From Fimicolochytrium jonesii (taxonomy: Eukaryota): 64,000 nucleotides of DNA. The DNA lies in NCBI RefSeq assembly GCF_025526975.1, contig NW_026515670.1, forward strand, positions 1 through 64,000. Reading direction: 5' to 3'. Positions 10,499 to 23,513 of this stretch are shown piece after piece. The position numbers were made by a program, and so were the translations under genes. How positions within the stretch are numbered: position 1 is the first letter of the stretch; each line of letters begins with the position of its first letter. A model generated the notes under the pieces. It did not search any database, was not told the DNA's origin, and worked only from the letters and a program-made list of their open reading frames with translations.

Positions 10499-11272
10499 AT
10501 GCTGGTGTCAACACCAGCAGACACCGCTGAAGCGCCGGAACAGCAGCATCCCGAGGGTCTCAAGATCGGCAAGCACCAGTTCTCGGACGCTTCGGTCGAG
10601 CTAGAGATCGAAGATACCCTGTTTGCCGTTCACAAGAGCGTACTTGCGTACAACAGTACGTTTTTCGCCGATATGTTCAGCGGAAAGTGGAAGGAGGGAG
10701 GTACCGCTCAGCAGCCCGTCGACAAACCTCCCCGAGTCAAGCTGGGGGGTATCAAAGCCCATGCTTTTGCGATGTTTCTCGATGTCATTTATGATCCATA
10801 CCGACACGACGAGGTTTGGCTCGACCTCAACAACCTGCTGGCCTTGTCGGACGTTTGTGACTACCTCCACTGCGACTTAATTAACGAGCAGATAAAGCTT
10901 CATATCGAGGACGAGTTTGAAATCACTTGGAACAACGTCGAAGACATTCTGTCGAGATGCAACCCGCTCATCGAGAACCAAGGAGTGTTGCGGACAGAAT
11001 GCGAGCACTGGCTCTGTGGGGTTGACGAAACGAAGACCATGCAAGCACTCTTCTTGGCAGAGAAGCACAACCTCAGCATTGTCCTGGATCTGAGCGCTGA
11101 TCCCCTGGGTGCACGGGTGCCGCAGTTTCCTTATAAATCTGAACATTTCAAGCTGCTTTCGGCAGAGCTTCGCGAACGTGTTCTGTTGACCGTGCTCAAG
11201 AAATATGACCCTGACGAGATGATCAGTGAGGCTCAACCACCTACGCACTTTGATTATCAATACGAATGGTAG
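10499..11272 (+). CDS. BTB/POZ domain protein, paralog of 6470-7385
   Basis: FSDASVELEIEDTLFAVHKSVLAYNSTFFADMFSGKW...FLDVIYDP...DVCDYL. Confidence 0.85.
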   Translation: MLVSTPADTAEAPEQQHPEGLKIGKHQFSDASVELEIEDTLFAVHKSVLAYNSTFFADMFSGKWKEGGTAQQPVDKPPRVKLGGIKAHAFAMFLDVIYDPYRHDEVWLDLNNLLALSDVCDYLHCDLINEQIKLHIEDEFEITWNNVEDILSRCNPLIENQGVLRTECEHWLCGVDETKTMQALFLAEKHNLSIVLDLSADPLGARVPQFPYKSEHFKLLSAELRERVLLTVLKKYDPDEMISEAQPPTHFDYQYEW

Positions 11273-12234
11273 GTCGAGGAAGGAGGACATTTTCTCCGTC
11301 AAAATTGTGGCCACTAACCTTTTGAAAGGGAAGAGCAGCGCCGTCGCGAGCAAGGCGCGAGACACCCAGCCACTGAGAACTTCCGCGGGTTTGCCTGCCG
11401 AATCGCCCACAGGCTTCGCAACCGGCAACCTGCTGTCCAGCCCCGCCCGCCATCAAGGGAGTCGTCATACACAAACAGCGAGCCAGCCGCGCTGAGCGAA
11501 CTGAGCGATCAAGAGGTTTAGCGACGGCGCGCTCGGTCCTATCATCGTTTTTGTAGATTTCCGCAATTGATGTTGTAAGAAGCCAGATTAGTAGCACTCC
11601 CCTGCTCATACGCTCTGCGGCAAAAAGTTATGCTATGTGTACTATTCCAAATAGCGCTGGTAAAAAATGTACTTAGGCATTGCGAGTTGCGAAAGCCAGT
11701 CAAAATGTGAAAATCCGAGAATCCGAATTTTCGAGCTGGTTTGCGAAGACTATATTGCGCTTAACCTTGTTTGGCACGAGCGAATCATGACATGACCATT
11801 TTCCACCGACCTTCTGGATCTAGCGCATGGGCAGAACCGCCACCGGGTCACCAGCCGCCGTCCACGTAATAAAAAACTAGACGCAAGCTTCTTCGCGGAG
11901 ATTATTCGCTGGGGCCCTTTCCTGAACCCGGTATTTTCGGGGGCTGCTTACTTCTGGTTTGCGGTGCGAGCGCTGCTTTTGACTTGAGGGGGCGTTTTCG
12001 TGCACGAGCTTCTGTAGGCGTGTACGTTTACAGTCAGAGCATACCAGTTTTCCCACATTTGCTTCTTGCGAGCTACTTGGACGCTCGATTCCTTGTTTTT
12101 CCTGAGTTCCCGAACGAAAGGACGAACATTTACTTCACGACACCTCAACAATACAGAAATTGTCGTTTGCTTGGCATCACGCGTAAGAATACGCACATCA
12201 CGTACCCACCGCATCTACAAAAACACCCGCCGCA

Positions 12235-13050
12235 ATGCCAAAAGCCAAAGCAGCGCCACCGCCGCCTCCTCCCCCGCCAACGACCGAACATGTCGCGTCG
12301 GCTACGGCCTCGTCGTCATCCCTACTCTACCGACCACGCAGCACGCCGGACCTTCAAACCGAACGCGCGCTGGTCGATGTAGATCCCATTGCGGTCATCC
12401 GTGCCTTGCGATCCAAGATCCGCGAGAGCACCAGCACACATAATCTAGAGATGGACGAGCTGGATGCGAATCTGGCAGCTGAGAGGGAGAGGAATAAGGC
12501 GGAGAGGGATAAGACGCGGGATAGGATATTGAAGGCGAGCGCGTCGACGATTGGGAGGGCTGCGGCGAGAAGGAGGCCTACGATTTCGTTGCAGGAGCCA
12601 CCACCGGAGTTGGCGAGGAAAAACTCGTTTTTTGCGGTCGGCGGGCAGCCGATTAATGCTGGGGGTTCAGTTGCTGGGTCGGGTGCGGGTGCGGATGGAA
12701 AGAGCCGGGATGTATTGCGGGCTTTTGCGAACGTGGAGAAGATCTCAACGACGAACACCAATGCTATCGATGGGTCGTCGGCGGCGCCGCCACCCTCGCC
12801 ATTACCAAAGGGAAGCGTTGTCATCGATGAATCCGATGACCTACTCCTGCCAGTGGTCGGCGCGCAAATGGAGAAATTGAGGAGATGGCAGCACGACAGT
12901 CAGCAACGGTTGAAGCAGCGCGAAAGGGAGAGGGAGAGCAATCGACAATTGTTGGCGAATGAGCGAAAGCGGGATCGACGGCTAGCGCAGTTTGCTGGAC
13001 AAGGGTCGTCGACGGTCGCATCCCGGACGGGGACTATGAGGAAACGCATG
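12235..13050 (+). CDS. Coiled-coil/low-complexity coding exon; a separate gene or the 5' exon of the Flightless-like gene
   Basis: ATG at 12235, poly-Pro start, charged coiled-coil segments and a GTAAGT donor at 13051. Downstream exons were not resolved. Confidence 0.55.
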
Positions 13051-14070
13051 GTAAGTGGACGAGTTTGGCGTGAACATGTAGCGTAGACTGGGAGGATGGA
13101 GCGGGGACGGAGCAGGAGGGCCGATGTCTGGCGGATGGGAGGGAATGTGGAGACTTTCGACGGCCAGACAACAAGCGAAAGAACGAAGGACGATGCAGAT
13201 GCAAGTCCGTCCGTATTGACGGTTCACCACGTTGTTGTCGATTCGGAGCGGAAAAGGGGACGTTCACGCTGTCGAGTTCCTTGCGATTCGAAATCGAGGG
13301 CCAACTTGCGATTCAAACGGCCCCACCGCCCACCGACGACGAAATGTCTCACAGCAAAACCGGTCATATCCGCATTCTTCCATCCCGCTTTCCCCACGCC
13401 GACGCCATCACCGTACTACTCTCTCCACAAGGAGCGAACTGTGAGCGCTCCTTCGACCTCCTCCGCCGCAAGTCACTCTTACGAACAACTCAGACACAAG
13501 CCTCACATTATCCGCGAGCACTCCCCGAACTTCGGACGTCACAAACAACGGCTTTCTTCACAAAGCCAACATCGTTGTTCGCATACAGCTAACCCAAGCT
13601 CTTTGGGATATAATACCGCCGAGACCTCCTGAACTCGAAAACGTCACTGGGCATTTCCCGCCTGCCGACCGCTCTCAGAGGGACAGACCACTCACAAACA
13701 TCCACTCCGCCTGAGCCAATCCGCAAGCGTCGTTTCGACAACGATAGCAGAGCCTGCCATTCCCAATTCAAGAAAGCTCTACGTACTCAGCTTCCGGTTC
13801 CAAGTCGTCAACAGCAAAGATCCCTCATTCACGGCGCGCAGGATTTTGACCGTCTTCCACCGTTGTCTACCTGGGGATTCTAGCCCCTCCCTGAGGGTGA
13901 CAATTGGCTCTCCCTGCACCTCGTAAAGCCTCCGCTCCAAAGCAGGTGGAACCGCAAACTCACTTATTGGTGTGCGCCTGCGGGAGGGACTCACGAATGC
14001 CTCCGAGAGAATCCTCGGCAGTTGAGACACTCCGCACCTCGAGCCTCAATTCTGGCGATCACCATTCCGA

Positions 14071-17000
14071 ATGGCGCCTGTTGACGCTTGCCTCCTATAT
14101 GGAGGGCCAACCGGCTGGGGGAAAACAACGTGGGGGGAGGCCCGTGAGCCACCGGTGATACCAAGAGAAACCGAACGTCTTTTGGAAGCTGCGGACGACG
14201 ACGAGAGCTCTGGCTGGGACGAGATCGACATGGCGCCTGGGGACGTTAGCGACTTGCAGGAGGGAGGGGTCGAGGGGGAAGGAATAGGCGTTGACAGCTG
14301 CATGCCGTCACTAGGGCTGAGAAACCCTCTTTCGCTCTCCATAGACTGGTTCAAACTAATGGTTCCATCTTCTGTTTCCACGTTCTTCACTCCCTCGCGT
14401 TTCCCGTTTATGTTCTCGTCTCGTTCTCGACGTGCGCAATCAACTCCCATCGTCCCCCGTCATTCTTTCGCCGTGTTGCAGACGAAGAAGCGAGACGCAA
14501 AATTCGTCCTTCAGACCGCCGAATTCTATGGAGCCGACTTCTCGGCCCCCGTTGAAAACGCAGCAGTAGTCGAGATTCATCAGCATAGCAAACCTCTGGA
14601 CGATGCCCAGCTTTTCGAGCAGGAACAAACTCGCGCCGTGCAGGGAGATGTGTTCATCAACGCCCTGAGCAACGTTGCGCACAGCAGGATACATCCGGAA
14701 GATACCCAAACCCAGTTTCCCACGGCCTTAGCAGAGCCATCGATCCCGATACCCCCACCATTCCCACTCTCCCAAATCACGGAGGCAGATAAGCAATTCA
14801 CAAAATCCGTTATCCGCGAGACGATACCTTCGATCGATTACTCCGATGTCTTTCCCGATGATATTGCAACGAGGCCTGGCATCACCGTATTTCGCATCGA
14901 ATCGCTCAAACCTGTCATTATCGGCAAATCGAAGGTTGGCAAATTCTGCGTCGGAGACTGCTACATCATTTTGCAGAACACGCCAAGGACCGGAGGTGTG
15001 AATGCGAGCCTAGAAGGCGAGGGCATGGACCACAAATTGTGGGTTTGGATTGGCATGGAAGCAGAGGTGGATAAGCGCTTTTGTGTAGCACTTTACGGAG
15101 CTGGCCTGCGGAATTGGGTTCACGCGAGCGGGTCGGTGGATCGGGAGACGTCGGGAGATGAGTCGCCAGAGTTCATGGCGCTCTTTGGAGGGCGGTTTTC
15201 CGTCGACGATGACGTGGCGGATGCTGCGGAGAGCGGGCTGTTTGTGGCGGAGAAGAAGAGATACCCACTTCGCCTGTACATGCTTTGCGGGAATAAGGAG
15301 ATTAAACTTCGCCTGGTAAGTGAACCGGAGAGACGCTCATGTTGACTTGAGTTCACTATTTAACTTCTTTCGCAGATGGACCCAGCATTCTGGTCGCTCA
15401 AAACAACCGCAGTCTTTTTACTCGACTGGGGTCTCGAGATCTATCAATGGAACGGCGGCGCAGCCAGTCTCAACCAAAAAGCGAAATGCCGCATGCTCAC
15501 CGAACGCATCAACCGCTCCGAACGCCAGGGCAGGGCAGAAGTCTACGAGATCAACGAATGGGACGAGCCAGCGCGATTTTGGGAGTTGCTGGGAGGGCAG
15601 CGAACTGTCCAGGACGCTATCGAAGACCATGAGAATGACCCGAGTTCTGATGAGGCGTTGTTCATGAGTATCGCTATGGCTCCCGCGACATTATACCGCG
15701 CCTTTGTCGAATTGGCAGATGATGTGCAGGGGCATGTTGTGTCGGTGGGGGCGTTGTCGAGGGCGATGTTGAGCTCCGATGGGGCGTATGTTTTGGACGT
15801 GGGAGTGGAGTTGTTTGTGTGGATTGGAAAGGCGGCTTCCATGGACTTGCGACCAATGGCGACCGAGCTACTTGCGGTATGTATTTTTTTCTTCCACGCG
15901 TTGTTTCACTGGCGCCCGTACTGACTTGCCGTTTGCAGAGAATCGTCCCACTGAAAAAGAGACCATCATGGATCGGCTTACATAAACTAATGGAAGATCA
16001 TGAGGCGGAGGTTTTCAAGCTGCGATTCTCAGACTGGGACGCCCCAGCGAACGAAGTCAACTGGGAAGAGATCAAAGACCCATTCGCAGGCCGCGGCAAA
16101 TCACCTATGAAAGTCGCTAGCGGAATCAGGGTGGATGTCAGGGCTCTGTACGCTCCACCTCCAGCGCCTGATGGACCCCATGTTTCTTCGGTCGAAGACA
16201 CTCTCGCTCATGCGAACGGACTTCTGAAGACGTTTTCAGCGTTTCTCTACCAAAAGGGCCGCTTTGTTCAATTACCAGAACAGGAGCATGGTCACTTTTA
16301 CACGGACGACGCCTACGTATTCCTTTGTGTGTATCGGCTGGAAGAAGAGAAAGAGATGCAGCGGCGCGAGGAGTGGGAGAAGCGGAGAATCGAGCGGACG
16401 AAACAGGGTATCCGCGTGGGATCTTCCGTCCGCGCGAAAGAGATCGAACGCCAGTTCAGAGATCCCGCGACTGGCGCGAGGTCTCCAGCCACATCCGAGT
16501 CGAGTCCCCGTCGGACATCAACACCCATTTCGAAACAACCTGGGCCTCTACTCCCGCCGGCACAGCGCAACGGTCTTTCCGAATCCGGACAGCGCTTACG
16601 AGCCCCCACTCCGTCAGAGGATGACGATGAAGGGTACGACGGCCGCCATGATCGTGAAGATGACGAGACGCGTTCGCGAGTCAGTAGTGTCCAGGAAGAC
16701 GACACGGACAGCGAGGCTCCCGCGCCGTCCCTGGAATGTGTCGTCTATTTCTGGCAAGGCCGGTTAGCGAGCCCGCTGGCATACTCGACCTTCAAGTTCA
16801 GAACGCAGCAGGAACTGGAGGATCTTGTCTTGGATATGTACGGGTGTCCCGTCAAAGTGGCGTATCTGGAGCAGGGCAAGGAGCCGATCGCGCTTTTGGC
16901 TCATTTTGGAAACAATATTGTTCTGCATCGGGGTAGTCGCGCTGCGGCTTTGGCTGCGAAAAGGCCTGGTAATGGAGCCCGGGGCAAGTCCCGGCCGGCG

Positions 17001-18728
17001 AATGGCGGCGAGAAAGCGGATAGCCCACGGTCCACCATGTACCACATTCGCGTAGATGCACGGTATAAGACGACGAGAGCTGTGGAAGTCCTACCTCGCA
17101 AAGCAAGCATGGTCAGTCGAGACTGCTACTACCTGCATTCCACGTCGCCAGATGTGCCGAGTTATCTGTGGCGCGGAAAAGGGTGTAGCAAAGACGAGTG
17201 GCGGAGAGCGGAAGCCATCGTGCCGAAGATCCTAGCGGTGATCGACGGGAAACCGGACGCTCTCCCGACAGATCAGAACCCGGCCGATATCCCCGCCCTC
17301 ACGATAACTTCCCCTCCCGTCCCCGTTGGTCAAAGCATCGAACCACCGCAGTTTTTCGACCTCCTGATACCCCCGCACGCCGCCAACTACCAAACCGGCA
17401 CCGAATACTACTACGTGCCCGCTCCACGCTTCCTACGCTGCTCATGCGCGCAGGGTTTCTTTAGCGTCGAAGAAATCTCTCACTGGCAGCAAATCGATCT
17501 CCATTCTGACGCGTGCGTGATTCTGGATCCAGGTGCACCTCGGAAACTGTGGGTGTGGGTCGGCAACGGCGCGTCGGATGTTGTGCGGAAGCTCTGTCGG
17601 AAGAGTGTGGAGGTGTGGCTGGATCGGTTGGACGATGGACGGGTGTGTGGGCGCGTGCCAGGGATATTCGGCCCAGCGCTCAATCCGCGTTTACAACAAC
17701 TTCAGCAGTCGCAAGTAACGCCGCATCAGAGACATTTGTATCGTGGCCCGACGACAAGGGCGCGTGGACCTGAAGCCGGCGCGCTGAGGAGGAGTAGTGG
17801 GAATCTGACGTCCGCGAGTTCAGGAAGCCGGGAACTTCAAAAGCCAGGGCCTACAACGGCCCTGAGTGGCCCGCATGAGGCGGATGACTGGAGGGAGGTG
17901 ACGGAGCCGAATTCGTTGGGTTCGTCCTTTACGTCGCTCACCGATCTTGCATCTGTTGCATCCGCTGCCATGCGGAAACAGCGCGCCGAAAAGGCCGCGC
18001 GTCGCGCCATCACCGCCGCTTTCAAATCAAGGGCGAAAGGGCAAGATGGAGCTGACGAGTCGTCAGACGCCTATGCCGAAGGCCTATCTCCCTTGGCCAT
18101 TCATTCGACGACTGGAGTACCCGCAGACGATTTCCTTCCCTCCTCACTAGCATCGCCTATCAGTCGGCGCACTAGCAGCAGCAGCGCTTTCAGTATCGCA
18201 GCTGGAGACTGTGATTGCTGCGAATGTGTCGGGTGCGCTGAAGCCATCCAGGAAGACAACCACGACGATACAAGTAATAGCAATAGCAGCAGACCTCATC
18301 AATCACTACGACCACCTACGTCGTCAACATCACCCAACGCATCTCACGCGCACATACCCACAACCAACAAACACAATACAACACTCACGCATTCCATATC
18401 ATCGACATCATCACATTACGCACAGCATCAACACCATCATCACCACCACCATCACCCACCACATCCAACTCACCACCACCCGGGCGGCGCCTCATCAGCA
18501 GAAACGGCCGCGGCAGCAGCAGCGGCGGCCGGAGACGTCAATTGGGTCCTCGAAGGGCACGAACCGCCGGAATTCACCGCGTATTTCTGCGGATGGGACG
18601 AACGGCCCGTACGAGGCACGGGCGAGATTGGGAACGCGTTCGTTGACGCGGAACGGAAACGGAAGGAGGGCGTGAAGGCGGCGAGGGATGCTGTTGCAGC
18701 TGCTGGTGTAGGGGTGAAGGTCCGATGA
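14071..18728 (+). CDS. Flightless-I-like gelsolin-repeat protein (no LRR seen); true start uncertain
   Basis: IDYSDVF...PGITVFRIE...GKFCVGDCYIIL, FLLDWGLEIYQWNG...INRSERQGRAE, LPEQEHGHFYTDDAYVFLC and CVVYFWQGRLAS follow the FLII gelsolin domains. Introns at 15316-15375 and 15877-15938. Confidence 0.85.
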
Positions 18729-19263
18729 TGTTGATCGATTTTGGTACTTAGATATTTCTAGTAGTTCAGGATTGCCTGTTTTTTTGTGATCATGGATTGT
18801 TTCAATAGGAACCAGACGACTTTCTGCCGCTCGGAGGTCATATTCTTCTTCATACTCAGATGGTCCAGTGGGTCCTGTGTGGAGGTTGCGGTCTTTGCAA
18901 ATGGGTATTTTATGCGTATTCCTCAAACGAATGATATGACGGCCTAGGATGAGCAAGGAGTGATCTATGCCGTTGCGGGAAGCCGACTAGTCCTCGTAAG
19001 AACAACCTCACATCTAATCAATCAATGGGTTGTTAGACTTCCGCATACATATGGCTTGCGCTTTAGATGGTATTCAACATCAATTTGATGCAGCAATCCC
19101 AAACTACATGACTCTTTGCAAAACGTATCACATAGGAGCGAACAGTGGATCATAAACGGGATTCTAATGCAGGGGCACCTGAGGGCACCTGTGAAAAACA
19201 TATGGTCACAACGATGATTGGCGGAGGCATACACGAAAAAGCAAGAAAGGAAAAAAGAAACTT

Positions 19264-19335
19264 TGGAGTGACGGAGGATTGAACTCCGGGCTTCCTCGAT
19301 GCGAACGAGACACTCTACCACTGAGTTACCACCCC
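19264..19335 (-). tRNA. tRNA-Ala(CGC)
   Basis: 72-nt cloverleaf GGGGTGG...TCACTCCA with a G3:U70 pair, anticodon CGC, T-loop TTCAATC and a downstream T-run. Confidence 0.95.
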
Positions 19336-21209
19336 ATGTTCTTTTTGATATCTAATAACGCTACCAATCGCACTATTTGGTAGTTTGCTGGTCCTGGACA
19401 CTTATTGGTAGTACATCTGACGCCTCCAACGTGACTCAGGGTGGATGACATCATCCCCTCGAGTGACCACAACCGTGCATGATGTCACGTCTCCCACCCG
19501 TGCATAACACCTGGGGCTCAACTCCTTTTGACAGTGTGAGTCCGAGCCATCCGAGCCGTCAGACCTGAGCAGACCAATGCATCAGGAACCTGCTGCGTGC
19601 AATGCATGCACGTTAAGCCTCTCTTCAGCAGCGTGTGGCACGGTCTCTAGTATTATAACTCGTCGTCATGACTTTAACACGGATGGCTGGCCTTAAGGGT
19701 CTGATTCAGGTCCACAGGGCTCTGTGCGGACACATCAGGGCCGCCAATGCGCTTATTCATTCAGAAGGAAAACTACATCATTCTGTCGTGCTGCCCAGAT
19801 CGTAGGCTGTTGGAAAAGACTGCAGAGTCCATATGCAGGGGAGGCTGACAATGGTAAACATCGCAACATGGCGCATGCACGCATTCGTAATGGTCGTCCG
19901 CCACAAAATACGGGGCGTTTTTTTCAAATGGAAAGAATTCTTTCATCGAAAACTCCTTGAATTCGGTAAATACATGTTTTGTGATTGCCTGCGTATAGCC
20001 TCAAACAAAAGGGTCCACGTTTTGATCCGAAAACATGGCATTTTTGGAAATGCTTCCTTTAACAGCCATCCCTTTCGATCAATTTTGAATCAGGCTGGAA
20101 AGAACAAAGGGCGATGAACTGCGCATAGTGAGGTTTTCGATCGGAGGGTCGCTTGTGACCGCTGCGTATAGCTGCTGAAAGTCTGTTTGCCTGAGTCAGC
20201 CACGCGTCTCGCGCCCCATGTGCTTGTGTATCCCTCCGATATTGAGTGATGTTTGACGGGATATCCCAGGAATATCTGAAGGATGTGCGGATGTGAGGAT
20301 ACGAGGGTACCGAAATCCCCTATGGCAGAGAGGTATGTGGTTCTGGAGCGTTCCAGAGCAGGACGATTATGTGCCGGCCGCAAGCAACACTGGGGGACCG
20401 TTGCGATCCGAAGGAGATGACGTGTGAAGTCCCCCATTCCCGACGCTGTCAATCCACCCTTCGCGATGCCCCGCCCTTCTTGCAAGCACGCTGACGCACT
20501 CATGTGGCAAGACCGACATACCTACCCCACACAGCACACACAGAGATATCCAAGCCTCATCTGTCTCCCATTCCTCCGGATCTGCAACAGACTTTCCACA
20601 AACTTCCTACCCTCGGGCCTCGGCGGAGGAGATCGCCTCCCGAGAGCAGACGTCACGTAAGGAAGATCGCCGAAAGCGCACATCCTCTCTGCTTGGCACG
20701 GATCCCATGGGGAGCAGCCGCCCCGGAGGCCAGGGTCTAGACTCTTTGCAGTGTATGTCTCGCTTGAGCCCTCCGTGGCGAGTTGAAGAACAGTCGGGAG
20801 CGGGGGTGGTGGTTTACTCTCTTTTTCTTGTAGATACGTCCGTTAGCCTTCCTTGCGGCTGTGTCCTGTCGTTGTGCCGGCCAGCACTATAAAAACGAAA
20901 TTGCGCTGTGAGCGACCCCCCCTTTTCCTCTTTTGGATTTTTCAGACCCCATATCCGAAGCATCTAAGCCCTCCCGTCCCATCCTGGGGGCTCCATTTTT
21001 GGTTTTTCGGATATCACCGCACAATACCCCTTCAACGGAATTATACAAATCGCGTAATTAATACCCAGCTATCGGATCCTTCCGCGTATTGCCGGTACAT
21101 ATATAGGAACTCTTCAGATGTCGAAAATCATTTCATTTTTCTAAATCGCCGTTAGGATTTACAGATAGTATCCAAAAAGACCGGCGGCCAACAAGTATCG
21201 GCATCGCTC

Positions 21210-21265
21210 CTCTCACAACCCACCTTTCTAATCGCGACTCTCACAACCCACCTTTCTAATCGCGA
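21210..21265. repeat. Perfect 28-bp tandem duplication
   Basis: CTCTCACAACCCACCTTTCTAATCGCGA x2, ~100 nt upstream of the ATG at 21364. Confidence 0.9.
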
Positions 21266-21363
21266 AGGAGACCACATCGCACGGACAGAGACAATAATTC
21301 CCTCTGCGCCAGTTGACCTCCCGTGCTTCCATCTCACTCCCGGTGCAATCGCAATTCGGGCGA

Positions 21364-22644
21364 ATGAAGCATCAGCACCGCGACCAATACGACGACGAAC
21401 CACATGACGCCGGTGACACTCGCACTCACACCTACGACGACGACGTACACGACGACGAGCGCCTGAAATCAGAAGCCGATGAGGATCACGACGATGGAGC
21501 TCCCGAATCCTCATCTTCACCCCGCCTCCGGCGACATGTCGCGAGATCTGCTTACCAAGATCAGATCAACGCCATTACACCCACCAACATCACGTACGAC
21601 GGCACGACTAGATCGGCCAACAACCCAGCGCTGCATTTTCATCAATCCAACCATCGCGATGCGCGGCCGCCTGAAGAGCGTCACTGTCGCGGCGACCTCG
21701 TGTCCCCGCCGCTTCGCAATCCGGACGAGAGGCCGATGCGGGACGAGGCGGTCGGCGGCGACCGACGTGGTCATTCACGGCAGATATCTACTGCGTCTGC
21801 TCCGGCCGCCATGACCCGACAATCGCAGCGCACAGATGACCAGTTACGCTACGGCGAGATGCATGTGGGAAGTTCGTCGCGAGAGCGTGCATCTGAGGAC
21901 CAAGGCTCGCAGGCCTCCTTCCCGTACATGGCAACGATAACGTCCAACTCGGCCTGGCCTCTACTCGCAGCCAACAGCACCCTGCCCCTAGCCCCGATTA
22001 GCGCCACACTACAGCCCCGAATGCCCTTCGCAGCGGGCAGCGGGCCGATGCCCATCGACCTGAGTGACCCTGACCTCGCCACAAACAGCAGCACACGCCG
22101 CCACAACGCCGCCATCCTCGCCCGTGAAGACCTCTACAACGCTCGCCTAATGCGAGCCTACCAGCGTCCCACCATCGAAGTCCTTCTTCGATCCCCGCGT
22201 CTCGACCACCACAACACCCGCGCGTACGATTCCGACTCCCACGATGACGATGACGACGGCGATCCCGCGCGCATCCCGAGCCTAGATGGTGTCGACGAGA
22301 GCAATGTCGCGAGCAGCAGTAGCGGCAGCGGCGGGAGTCCTCGGTACCTTAACAAGCCGCGGACGCACCATATGATGCAACGGTCGAAACGGACGCATCA
22401 TCGGCCGCGACGCACGAGGGATTGGTTTGAGTCACAGTATGTGTGCAATAGTAGTGTGAGTCCGAGTGAGGAGACGACCACTACTACGCCGAGTGCGAAG
22501 GAGGAGGAGGAGGGTGGTGCAACGGGCCGGGTGAGCGGTATTGTTGATGGAGAGGTGGAGAGCATTGATGGGGATGAAGGTGATGACGAGGAGGAGAGTG
22601 GCGAAGAGGAGGCGCACGCAGCGTCTCTGTGTAGGATTGGATAG
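21364..22644 (+). CDS. Hypothetical, largely disordered protein
   Basis: 426-aa open frame rich in D/E/S/R; no domain recognised. Confidence 0.6.
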   Translation: MKHQHRDQYDDEPHDAGDTRTHTYDDDVHDDERLKSEADEDHDDGAPESSSSPRLRRHVARSAYQDQINAITPTNITYDGTTRSANNPALHFHQSNHRDARPPEERHCRGDLVSPPLRNPDERPMRDEAVGGDRRGHSRQISTASAPAAMTRQSQRTDDQLRYGEMHVGSSSRERASEDQGSQASFPYMATITSNSAWPLLAANSTLPLAPISATLQPRMPFAAGSGPMPIDLSDPDLATNSSTRRHNAAILAREDLYNARLMRAYQRPTIEVLLRSPRLDHHNTRAYDSDSHDDDDDGDPARIPSLDGVDESNVASSSSGSGGSPRYLNKPRTHHMMQRSKRTHHRPRRTRDWFESQYVCNSSVSPSEETTTTTPSAKEEEEGGATGRVSGIVDGEVESIDGDEGDDEEESGEEEAHAASLCRIG

Positions 22645-23513
22645 AACGCATCCGTCATTTCGTCTCGATACCTAATCTATACACATGTGTCTTGCCCTTT
22701 CGTTGGCGCTAGCTTGCATTTCGCCATCCTGCTTTTTCTAGATATTAGACCCGCCGTTACATCGGAATGTACTTTTGGGGCGCATTTTGGATCAACAGAG
22801 CTTTTTCTTTTGCGAATTATTCTCCCCTTGAGGATCTTGTGACGTCTCCTTAATGAAGCACCCATGATAGGATGATGAAACGATCGGCATTCGCCGCAGG
22901 TAGAGTTGTCCAGACCTGGTCGTTGTGTCGAGGGAGGGTGGTGTCGAGTGACAGCCCAGTGTCGTGGTTATTTGGGGAAGAAATCGGGCACAGCGCCAAG
23001 TGAGCGGAGTTGTTGAAGATCGATGAGAAACACCAAGAGGCCCCATCCGTTTTTCTCACAAGGTGGCGGGACTGATGAAGAATCTTTACTGTTTCGCACC
23101 CCTAGTCGCCTCCTTATGAACCTGCAAATCCTCCGCTATTGTATATATATGGCAGCACGAGATGAGTTCTCGGAAAGGCACAAATAAACATCCGAGTTTG
23201 CATATCATTATCACCCTGGCCTTTTCCAGCTGCGTCGCGGGGATACAACTATGCTCGAGCATCGTGGCCATGCACCTCTTTCTGTGGAAGAAACGTGGGA
23301 TAGCTTGCATGCTGACCTCTTGCATTCCCATGGCACCCGCGGGCTGCTCAAATGTCATGATGCCGACGCGGAAACGAGGCTTGTCCGAACGAAGCAGACT
23401 TGGCGACATTCGTCCCATTTGGTCGCTGGCACAAGAAGCTGCTGTGCCCAACTTTACAGCACATACAGAGCTCACACACAGGATAGAGACATACTGTCGC
23501 CTGGTTGCAGTAG

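Noticed and set aside
6470..11272. Split BTB-Kelch (Cul3 adaptor) module
   Set aside because: The Kelch protein has a mucin stalk and TM segment, suggesting an extracellular propeller unavailable to cytosolic BTB proteins.
14098..14130. Walker A-like GPTGWGKT
   Set aside because: No accompanying NTPase fold, and it lies in an uncertain 5' part of the ORF.
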